Shown one piece after another: positions 55,808-64,000 of a stretch of DNA of 64,000 nt. This stretch comes from a phage. The notes under the pieces are model-generated. The model made no database searches, was not told the DNA's origin, and was given only the letters and a program-made list of their open reading frames with translations. Each line of letters starts with the position of its first letter. Positions within the stretch are counted from its first letter, which is position 1. The stretch is from assembly GCA_011939005.1 (NCBI GenBank), contig GCA_011939005.1_4858.1; one strand, 5' to 3'. Both the position numbers and the translations under genes were made by a program.

Positions 55808-58800
55808 ATGAAAACGTATCCTTACGATCCTCGGGGTGTAAATCCTGAGTGTCACTTCATCGAGGAACGTATCATCGACTCCGACAATCCTAACGATCGG
55901 GTGGTGATGCTAGATCATCGCCCGTTTTTCGAAGGATTGGTGGTAAGGCTCGCCGGCTCGTCCATACCGCTTACCCGCGGGACGGACTATGAGCTGGAGT
56001 ATGCTTTAACACCGTTGGACGACTCGGTGACGACCCCGGTGTTTTGCGGGGTGCATCTTATTAACCCTAAACTGCGTGGTGCGGTGGTCTTTGAAGGCCA
56101 GATGCTCGGGGGTACGTTTTACAGTGGTTTGATTGAGATGTTGGATGAGCTAGTTAAGGCACTCAACAATCCAACGGCTGCAGATTGGCTGCTTTTAGGT
56201 AATCGACCTTCCCTGTACCCAGCCACCCCTGCAGCGGTGGCTTGGTCAGACATGCTGAATAAAAAGTATGTTGCCTCTGCAGTGCATGATGTGGAGTTAG
56301 ATGCCGGGGCGGCCAACGAGCAGATTCGTGAAAAGCTTACTGAGCTGAAAGATGCGGTTTTGGGCTTAGGAACTGAAATCGCCGCATTTAACTACCCCGG
56401 ACACATTGCGTCGACTAACCCTCATGGGACTACCGCGGCGCAGGCCGGTGCGCATCCTGTCAACCTGAAAACGCCAGATACTTTCCTGGCGTATGGAAAG
56501 ACGTTGCGTCAGTTAACCAGCGAGGTCCGTGCACTGGGTCTGCAACAATCGGATATCGACAAGTACATTTCTAAATGGGTATCGAAAGAATCCAAAGGGG
56601 TGTTTAATGCGACGATATCCGGTACTCGTGCCCTGTTCCGTTCTCCTGCTGGTGAATCCGAAATTGTGTTCTCTGCTGAGGCATTCACTCTTAAATCTAA
56701 TGGCTCTGTTGTGTTGGCGTGTGGGTATGCCGACACTACTGGAACCGTCCGGTTTATGGAGTGGAAAGCAGGCATCAATACATTACGTATTGAGTCGACT
56801 GGCAGTGCCTTGGGGATGGATAAGCTGACGCTTAATGGTACGACGTTACTGACCACAACTGCTCTCATGGGCTATCAACAAGACCCTGGTACCGGCGGTG
56901 GTACCGTTGACCCGGATGACAACAAACTGTACATTAGCGGGGTGAACGGCATCACTTTCACGGGTAAAGGGTCAAAAGCCGATCCCGTCACCGGGAAGGT
57001 CACAGCCAAACCCGCGACGACCTCTGAACCAGGCGTTGTGACGCTGACTGATAAGCCGAGCGATGTAGTCAAAGGGCAAGCAGCCACCCCGTCGGCGCTT
57101 TTGCCGTATGAGGGCGACCTGTCTTCGTACGTCAGGAAGACAACGCTGCTGAATAACCAGCCGATGAACACTGGTAGTCGAACGCTGACGAAAAAGGATT
57201 TAGGTTTAGACTTGGCTGATAACACAGCTGACGTCGATAAACCACTTTCTGATGCGTTGGCAGAAGCAGTTACCGGTCTTAGTGATAAAGGTCACCATCA
57301 CAACTTCGCTGATTTACAGATTCCAACAGCCTCTCAAACTGTGCCAGGTATCGCACGATACTCTACCAACTTAAACGGCTTGGCGGATAATCGCGGCGTT
57401 ACCCCGAATGTTCTGAACGATCTGTCAAAACGTTTAGACGTAGTTGCAGCTGCGCTAGCAAACGCGAAAGAGGATTCCGTGACCGATTTTGCCGCTGTGC
57501 GTGGTAAGACTTGGACTGTGGGATCTACACGTACCACCCTCGCCGTAACGGATTTGAATTATTTCTATCTGTTAAATGGTGCACGTAAAGAGGGGACGGT
57601 ATCTGGTTCGATAGACCTGCAAACCACCCCGATGTTCCAGTGGTTCTCTCCAGATAACCGTATGGAAAGAACGTGGCAGAACGCGGTAATTAATATCGGT
57701 GACGGTATTGATTTTAGTGGGTTTGAGGTTGCCGTCCCGGAAACGAACTACGGTGCGCAGATTGGGTTAACGGCAACCGGCATGGGTGACTTATCGGTTG
57801 TTAACCTTTTAGCAAAAACGTGGGTTCGTTGCGATACAGGTAAACTACGTATTTGGGTTCGTGGCGGTGGTGCTGTTTCTGTTTATCTGGACGGTGTAAT
57901 TATCGGTGCGGGTATTACAGAAGCGGGGTATCTGGAGGCGACTGTCAAAGAGGGGTGGAAGCAACATTGCCTGGCGTTTCGTGCGGAATGTAACAATAGC
58001 GCGAAAGCAGCTGCTATACGCTTCACCATTTACGATGGTGATTACCCGGTTGCGGTGTCGGACAAAAACACCAAAGTTGCCCGCCTGCAGGAGTTTGTTA
58101 AGACCGCGAACGGTTTACGACATTATCTTTACGTGAACATGATAACCAACGCATTGTATTCACGTGCGGAACCCATTGTGGACACGGAAGGTATTAACCT
58201 GGAGCGTGGGTACATTGGTTACATTGATGTACCCGAGACGGGATTGGTTGCAGGTACGACTTACGAGTTTGAAACGACGTTTGATTTTGGCATGGCGTCC
58301 GAACTTAAACGGCACTTCGAAACACGTCTGGCGCACGGAGTGAGTAATGCCGACTGGTCGTTGACGGATAACCCAAAAATGTTACCGCTAAACAAAGTCG
58401 ATCCGTTGCCTAAACAGTGGCTTTATGCGTACCCTAATAGTCCAGTTTCTGGTAACCACTATATTCGATTAGACCGAGGGTTATTCGATTATAAATTTGA
58501 TAGTACCATTTCAAGCCTAGTGTTTGTTGGAGCGGTTGTCTCCACAGAAAGCGCATCACCGTACTGCTGGTTTACACCAAGCAACCCGAAAGAAAAAGGG
58601 ATGGCGACGTTTGAAGGTTCTGTGGTGGTCGATGTTGATTTGTCGGAAGCACAAACAGTTCGCGTTCGCGATATCACATTAAACTTCATGGCCCCGTCTG
58701 CAGATGATAAAAGCAAGACCAGGGTACTGAGATGGAGTGGCAATCGTCCAGAATTGAATTGTGGCTTCATCACGTCTCCTTATAACCAAGCAACTGGAGG

Positions 58801-59938
58801 CATCATCTCGACCACGCAGGGCAGTGTTACAAATAAGGTGCTTGAAAATCCGAGGGTAATTAAAAACCTGACGAGCCAATCTACCGAGTGTTTAGATTTT
58901 CTTTCGGTTCATACCGATAGTGAGCTTGCGCCGCTTGGAGATCGTTGGCTTGTACGTTATCGATACATTGTTGATACGCAGGTACTGCGCATCTCAATGG
59001 TTTCTAAGTTGATAGCCAATCCGCTGGTGCAGGTTTACGAAATGGAATACGACATTCCGTTTGATGCGATCGATTACTTTAAAGGTGGGGCGCTAGCCAT
59101 CCACGTTTCCGGTATTGAAACTGGAGACAACGTGACTATTAACCACGGTTTGATGCAGCCGATCATCTCAGATGTGGATATAAATCGTTTCCATTATTTA
59201 CGTTCACTGTTTGAGTCGTATATTGAAAGGACACCAGATAGACAGTCTTCCGGCCACGAGGAGATGACAGTAACAACGGTACCTTTTGCGTCATTTGGAG
59301 ATAACGTTGATCACCCGGTTACGGAATACATCACGATGTCTGCTGCAAGTGAGGGTTATCCGGAACTTGCACCGAACGGTAAACTCCCAGCGCCGTTTTA
59401 TAAAGGGCTGCAGAAACGTGGTGCTCCGCTACTTGAGTCGGCTCCTGCCGACTATACGTCTAACGGTGGTGAATGGAAGTACGGCTTTATGCGGACTTAT
59501 CGCCCGACTCAAACTGAGCGTTTTGTGTCGGTAAATGGGACAATGCTCTCTAACTACCCCGGATATATCGTCGTGGGTAGTGAGAAAATTCCGGGTAATG
59601 TTATACCTTTCAGTGCGTCGACAACAGCTGTTCGGATATCCAGGACTCTTGCCCGCACGAAACCGATGCAGCCAATTCACATCGTGTTCGTGCCTCCGGA
59701 AGGTTCTGTGCCGCCGCTGCAAGCGAAGTTCACTATTAATGGTGTGGGTAGTAGTGGTAATCCGATGTTCGTGATTACTGAAACGACACCGGTGGAACTT
59801 CGCACGGGTGGCGAGACGATTCTCATTGAGAAGCGTAATCCATTCCACATCCCCACCAGGACATGGGATTGGATTTTACAAACGTTGGATACTGAACGTA
59901 GAAACGAAGGCAACAACTCGGGTGAGTGGGCCTCTTAG
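55808..59938 (+). CDS. long tail-fibre protein (1376 aa)
   Basis: RBS aaggaga; fibre repeats KPATTSEPGVVTLTD and TASQTVPGIARYSTNLNGLADNRGVTPNVLND; His cluster GHHHNF. Confidence 0.75.
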   Translation: MKTYPYDPRGVNPECHFIEERIIDSDNPNDRVVMLDHRPFFEGLVVRLAGSSIPLTRGTDYELEYALTPLDDSVTTPVFCGVHLINPKLRGAVVFEGQMLGGTFYSGLIEMLDELVKALNNPTAADWLLLGNRPSLYPATPAAVAWSDMLNKKYVASAVHDVELDAGAANEQIREKLTELKDAVLGLGTEIAAFNYPGHIASTNPHGTTAAQAGAHPVNLKTPDTFLAYGKTLRQLTSEVRALGLQQSDIDKYISKWVSKESKGVFNATISGTRALFRSPAGESEIVFSAEAFTLKSNGSVVLACGYADTTGTVRFMEWKAGINTLRIESTGSALGMDKLTLNGTTLLTTTALMGYQQDPGTGGGTVDPDDNKLYISGVNGITFTGKGSKADPVTGKVTAKPATTSEPGVVTLTDKPSDVVKGQAATPSALLPYEGDLSSYVRKTTLLNNQPMNTGSRTLTKKDLGLDLADNTADVDKPLSDALAEAVTGLSDKGHHHNFADLQIPTASQTVPGIARYSTNLNGLADNRGVTPNVLNDLSKRLDVVAAALANAKEDSVTDFAAVRGKTWTVGSTRTTLAVTDLNYFYLLNGARKEGTVSGSIDLQTTPMFQWFSPDNRMERTWQNAVINIGDGIDFSGFEVAVPETNYGAQIGLTATGMGDLSVVNLLAKTWVRCDTGKLRIWVRGGGAVSVYLDGVIIGAGITEAGYLEATVKEGWKQHCLAFRAECNNSAKAAAIRFTIYDGDYPVAVSDKNTKVARLQEFVKTANGLRHYLYVNMITNALYSRAEPIVDTEGINLERGYIGYIDVPETGLVAGTTYEFETTFDFGMASELKRHFETRLAHGVSNADWSLTDNPKMLPLNKVDPLPKQWLYAYPNSPVSGNHYIRLDRGLFDYKFDSTISSLVFVGAVVSTESASPYCWFTPSNPKEKGMATFEGSVVVDVDLSEAQTVRVRDITLNFMAPSADDKSKTRVLRWSGNRPELNCGFITSPYNQATGGIISTTQGSVTNKVLENPRVIKNLTSQSTECLDFLSVHTDSELAPLGDRWLVRYRYIVDTQVLRISMVSKLIANPLVQVYEMEYDIPFDAIDYFKGGALAIHVSGIETGDNVTINHGLMQPIISDVDINRFHYLRSLFESYIERTPDRQSSGHEEMTVTTVPFASFGDNVDHPVTEYITMSAASEGYPELAPNGKLPAPFYKGLQKRGAPLLESAPADYTSNGGEWKYGFMRTYRPTQTERFVSVNGTMLSNYPGYIVVGSEKIPGNVIPFSASTTAVRISRTLARTKPMQPIHIVFVPPEGSVPPLQAKFTINGVGSSGNPMFVITETTPVELRTGGETILIEKRNPFHIPTRTWDWILQTLDTERRNEGNNSGEWAS

Positions 59939-59940
59939 GA

Positions 59941-60013
59941 CGGACTGCCTACGGGCGGGTAGTCCGTAGGTAAACCGCCCTTCCGTTATTGGGAGGGCGG
60001 TCTCCGTTTTATT
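59941..60013 (+). terminator. tandem hairpins / partial terminator between fibre genes
   Basis: Stem accgccct / agggcggt (59974-60001) followed by ctccgttttatt; a second imperfect hairpin at 59942-59970. Confidence 0.45.
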
Positions 60014-60033
60014 ACAGATTAGGAGTGTTTGCA

Positions 60034-63000
60034 ATGCCGAGAGAAGATGCGGCGCAGTTTAACGGTACCCTCAGTACCGCTACTTACCCGAACCGTTATT
60101 CGACGGTCATTCCCGTCGAAGCACCGTTCTATCGCATCGGGTTAACGTTAACCGTTACCGATAAAACAACCGGAACCAAACGCAAGTTAATAGAAGGTCT
60201 TGATTATTTCTTAGGACATTACTTCCAGGAATTAGCCGAGGCTGAGAACGATGCAATATACGGCAGCATAATGCTGCTGAACGCCACAGAGGTAGAATAC
60301 GAGTTATTGTCGGTTGGTCGACAGTATCGCATCCCTGCTTCTGAAATCGGCAAGTATCTGGTTAAGACGGATATGAAAGACCCGCGCAACTGCGATTGGT
60401 CTGAGCTGATGAAATATCCGCCGATTATCTCGCCAATCGACCCGCCAAAAGATCTCGAAGAAGCCATCCTTCGCGATGAAATCGTAAAGGCGTTGGAAGA
60501 TATCCGTCTGGGTATTTTAGAACGTGCCCACGAACTGGATGAGGCTTTTGCGGAAGTTACTGATTTGATTTATCAGAACGGTAAAAAGGTGTTTGATGAC
60601 GAAATGTATCAACACCACCTGATTAAAAATGCACATGGTTACACCTGCGGTGACATTGGCGCTCTCCCGGTACTCGGCAAAGCCGTAGATGCGACTAAGG
60701 CATTCGGACGTACCCTGGCAGAGCTAGTGACGTTAATGTCTACCAGTGGCATCCAACAGAAACACGTTGACATGCTTCTGGATAATACCCTGGGTGATTT
60801 ACTGGGCCGTATGCGTGTTCTGAATAACGACGCGATTACGTTCCAAACAACGTCTGGTCACGTTATCAGCATGAAGGGTGAGAAGTTCATCATCACCTCG
60901 ACAAAACCGCTGGTATTAAAAGCTGACCAGGATAACAACGAACCGGGTATCGCTACGGAGTTCAGTGCTGGTCTGAACACGCTTTGGGTTCACTCGGGTA
61001 AAGCAGGTGACAAGTGGGGCGCTTATGATGCAGGTGTGCTTGCACCTGTGTATAACAGCGTGTATCTCGTTACGCCGGATATGGTTAAGATGTACTTGAC
61101 CTCGGTGAAGATACTTCCAGCAAACGCCTACTTCAAGTCCAGCGACACGTTGAAGATTTACGGCTCTGGTAAAGAAACAAACAAACTTTACATGAATGCG
61201 GAGCTGCCTGCAGCAACCACAACTGTGCAGGGTTTGTTTGCGATTACTAACCTTTCGGCGTCCGCTGCAGCATCCACAGCGATTTCCCAAAAAGCTGTTA
61301 CTGACTTGAAGAACAAACTCGACGGATATGTGGACGACACGTATACAGTCAACGGTAAAGGGTTTGTATTAGATTCAAACGGGCAGATGCATCTGACCTT
61401 AACCGCGGCAGATTTCGGTATTGAGAAGATGAACAATACCGGGCCGCTGGAGAAACCGGTTACTAATGCGTTGCGCACCGTGCTATCTGGCAAAGCGCTT
61501 ACAACGCACACCCACACCATTGCCGATCTCGATAACGTGCCGTACGCATCCACGTCTGTTACAGGTTTGGCTAAACTGTGGGATGCTATTGACACCACAA
61601 CAGATAAGATGGTTACTTCGCGTCAAGGCTTCTTGCTTGAACAGAAGATTGACACGCTGAATGACAAGATTGCTACGTTATTACCGGCGTGGACTGTCGG
61701 CGGATCATCGTACGGCAACAATAACTTCTTGCCTATACCTGTCCAGGGGAACTACGAAGGGTATACCAAAAACCAAACCTGGCAGAAAGGTTTGGCGCGT
61801 TACGAGTCTGGTAAGGTTTACTCGCTCCGTAACGGTTCTAACGGGAACCCACCAGGTGACTGGGCTATCTATTACGCCTATGCTGATGTGTCGCCAAGCA
61901 ATACGCTGGAAAATATGCAGCAGACGTCCGTACGCTATCGACCCGCTGGAATGTCGGCGTATCCTGGGGTGAATCTGGTTGCTATTGTGATTACCGGTAC
62001 CGATGCAATGATCTGCTTAGGCAGTGACGGTGCGTACTACCTGGTCATCTTCGATGGGACGATTGACCATGCAAAACATCATCGTGTTGTTAAAGTGGTG
62101 TTGGGTGATTACAAGAACGGTAATGGTGCGGGCACAGTAACGACAGCACCGTGGGCTCCAAACGCTTCTACAGACGATTTGATTGTTTGTAATGAACGTG
62201 TCTACCTGTTGCGTACGGTGCTTACCTCCGGTAACTATTTCGTGAGTATGCGTAGCATCGCACTCAACGAACTTAATCTGGGTGGCAGCAACACGTTTGT
62301 GGCGGATGCGTTAACAGGCGGGATATTAACGTCGGGTGAAAACGTTTATCTGCGACAGGGACAGAAACGTGCACCTTCCGATGCGCTCCCAGCACCAGTT
62401 ACACAGATCTACGCAGACGCGTTAGCGAAGTGGAACAATGCAACCAACTTTGTACATGGTCCTGAGTGTAATCACGCGATTGGTGTTGATGGGCTGAGCT
62501 TTCGTGTTGGTTTAACTCCAACGGTTTGGTTTGCTTCTACTACAGGGCAAACTATTAACTTTAAACAATGGGTGTCAAGCTTTGTTGTCGACTGTAGCGC
62601 ATTAACGGTAACGCTGGAAGGGGCTGATCGATTCCCTATTGTGGCTGATCTTACCACGGTTCGTTATAACGGTGGTACTGAGATTGGGATTCCAAGCCGG
62701 AAGTGGGGCGAAGGTCAAGCTAATAACCGAACCTTTGCAACATCGCAAGACAAGTATATCGTTTCGCAGGGACATGCAGGCGATCGCGACCTAATGCCAA
62801 TTGTCACGATTACCACGTTAGACGACGGTGTGAGTTGGTACGAGTACCTGTCGTGCGACTACAACTTCACTGCCAGAAGTTTTAGTGCGGTAATGTTAAA
62901 CCAAGGTCGTGGTTCTATCTACGAGCTAGGTATGGCGTATCCACTGACTCTGGGAGCGAATTCCAGACTTATCTGGTTGTCACAGCCACGTTCCCGTTTG

Positions 63001-64000
63001 GCAATTGAAGTTGAGTTTGATCCGAACACCACTTACTCAGGTAAGGTGGGGTATGGCCCAACTAACAATCGTCGTGTAGTAGATTCTATCACGTATGAGA
63101 ATCTGTCGCAGATGTGCCACATTGTTACACCGGCGTCGCCTGGTACAGAGTTAAACGGCTGGTATTGCACAGGGCCAGAAACATTCCCTTACCACAACGT
63201 TTCTGGCACTTTCACGATTCATGCCGATCGGTTGACGCTGTCACAGGCCGAATGGGATAAGATGAAGCAGATGATCATCGACGGTGCACCGGCAGGCGCT
63301 GCGAATGGTTATGCTTCGGAATTTATCCTTGCCGCAAATAACGCAGGAAAGGCATTGTTCTCCGTTTGGTTCATCGGCATTGGTACGGCCACACCGCTCA
63401 CGTTAGCACAAGTAGCATGTACGCGTACTGTGAACAACGTTAACGTGTTGGATATCTACTACTTTACACTGAAACCAACAATCAGCAACGGGCAGGTAAC
63501 ATTCCCCGCAGCGATATTGGCTTTGTTTGACTTCTATAACAACCTCGACTATAGCTTGAACTATGCTACGTTGGGTGAGATAACGGGAGGAAAAACACGC
63601 CGGCCGGGACAACCTACCTTGGTGTCAGTAGATGGTACTCAGTTCGGGTTGTATCTTCCACACACGTTAACCTTGCGCCAAATTGGCGACTTGGGTGCGC
63701 TTAACTACGCTGTTGGTCTTACGCTGTCTAATGGTACTTGGACGCGTTCTTCTGCTCCACACGGCGTTGGACGTATGGCACCGTCACACACTCCAGTCAG
63801 TCCAGCTTATCTGGCACATCGCGATCAAGTGATGTTACACAACTCATCTCTCGACTACGTCTATTGTGGTGGTATCGCAACGCCGTCGAGAGATTTTGTC
63901 GCGGCTCCTAATTTTAGTGGCCCGACTGAATCGGTTGTCATTGCTGGTGTGGAAACAGCTGAAGGTTGGCTGGTATATGTGACTGAGGAAGTTGACCTGC
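60034..64000 (+). CDS. long tail-fibre protein (>1322 aa), 3' partial
   Basis: ATG at 60034 with RBS aggag; frame open to window end; fibre repeats AATTTVQGLFAITNLSASAAASTAISQKAVTD and His motif LTTHTHTIADLD. Confidence 0.7.
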   Translation, partial: MPREDAAQFNGTLSTATYPNRYSTVIPVEAPFYRIGLTLTVTDKTTGTKRKLIEGLDYFLGHYFQELAEAENDAIYGSIMLLNATEVEYELLSVGRQYRIPASEIGKYLVKTDMKDPRNCDWSELMKYPPIISPIDPPKDLEEAILRDEIVKALEDIRLGILERAHELDEAFAEVTDLIYQNGKKVFDDEMYQHHLIKNAHGYTCGDIGALPVLGKAVDATKAFGRTLAELVTLMSTSGIQQKHVDMLLDNTLGDLLGRMRVLNNDAITFQTTSGHVISMKGEKFIITSTKPLVLKADQDNNEPGIATEFSAGLNTLWVHSGKAGDKWGAYDAGVLAPVYNSVYLVTPDMVKMYLTSVKILPANAYFKSSDTLKIYGSGKETNKLYMNAELPAATTTVQGLFAITNLSASAAASTAISQKAVTDLKNKLDGYVDDTYTVNGKGFVLDSNGQMHLTLTAADFGIEKMNNTGPLEKPVTNALRTVLSGKALTTHTHTIADLDNVPYASTSVTGLAKLWDAIDTTTDKMVTSRQGFLLEQKIDTLNDKIATLLPAWTVGGSSYGNNNFLPIPVQGNYEGYTKNQTWQKGLARYESGKVYSLRNGSNGNPPGDWAIYYAYADVSPSNTLENMQQTSVRYRPAGMSAYPGVNLVAIVITGTDAMICLGSDGAYYLVIFDGTIDHAKHHRVVKVVLGDYKNGNGAGTVTTAPWAPNASTDDLIVCNERVYLLRTVLTSGNYFVSMRSIALNELNLGGSNTFVADALTGGILTSGENVYLRQGQKRAPSDALPAPVTQIYADALAKWNNATNFVHGPECNHAIGVDGLSFRVGLTPTVWFASTTGQTINFKQWVSSFVVDCSALTVTLEGADRFPIVADLTTVRYNGGTEIGIPSRKWGEGQANNRTFATSQDKYIVSQGHAGDRDLMPIVTITTLDDGVSWYEYLSCDYNFTARSFSAVMLNQGRGSIYELGMAYPLTLGANSRLIWLSQPRSRLAIEVEFDPNTTYSGKVGYGPTNNRRVVDSITYENLSQMCHIVTPASPGTELNGWYCTGPETFPYHNVSGTFTIHADRLTLSQAEWDKMKQMIIDGAPAGAANGYASEFILAANNAGKALFSVWFIGIGTATPLTLAQVACTRTVNNVNVLDIYYFTLKPTISNGQVTFPAAILALFDFYNNLDYSLNYATLGEITGGKTRRPGQPTLVSVDGTQFGLYLPHTLTLRQIGDLGALNYAVGLTLSNGTWTRSSAPHGVGRMAPSHTPVSPAYLAHRDQVMLHNSSLDYVYCGGIATPSRDFVAAPNFSGPTESVVIAGVETAEGWLVYVTEEVDL

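Noticed and set aside
52241-59916. Numerous short antisense ORFs inside the tail-fibre genes
   Set aside because: Shadow ORFs within long, motif-supported coding regions; no RBS context examined supports them.
1-64000. CRISPR arrays, tRNA/rRNA genes, integrase or attachment sites
   Set aside because: No regularly spaced direct repeats, no tRNA-like T-loop/anticodon architecture noticed in intergenic regions, and no recombinase-like ORF; my manual scan could miss a divergent tRNA, so this should be confirmed with tRNAscan-SE.

Overview
This 64-kb window reads as a contiguous segment of a large, virulent tailed phage (Caudoviricetes) of an enterobacterial host; I see no integrase, attachment sites, host housekeeping genes, tRNA/rRNA or CRISPR array. 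It has three parts. (1) 1-7411, plus strand: the 3' end of a structural operon, with a >1500-aa tape-measure-like/ejection protein (5' end outside the window) carrying a lytic transglycosylase (SLT) domain, then two further proteins, closed by a bidirectional terminator. (2) 7475-52014, almost entirely minus strand: about 60 tightly packed, often translationally coupled, mostly ORFan genes. Recognisable among them are thymidylate synthase (with two insertions), an RNase HI core fused to an unknown domain, a DexA/DnaQ-like exonuclease, a RecA/UvsX-like ATPase, a Rad50/SbcC-like ATPase with zinc hook, a macro-domain-like protein, a secreted SLT protein with holin-like neighbour, lipoproteins, a tandem family of secreted Cys-rich paralogs, and several small membrane proteins. 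Four short plus-strand islands are embedded in this block. (3) 52082-64000, plus strand: three consecutive giant tail-fibre genes (1237 aa, 1376 aa, >1322 aa) with T4 gp34/gp37-type fibre repeats. Non-coding structure includes at least 15 hairpin terminators and a recurring AT-rich motif containing the 10-mer GATAATATCT. All functional calls come from motifs read by eye, with no database search, and the ORF track uses ATG/GTG/TTG starts, so start coordinates are approximate. No single system could be proven novel from sequence alone; the strongest candidates are the RNase H fusion, the orphan Rad50-like ATPase with its small-membrane-protein neighbourhood, the macro-domain cluster and the secreted paralog array.
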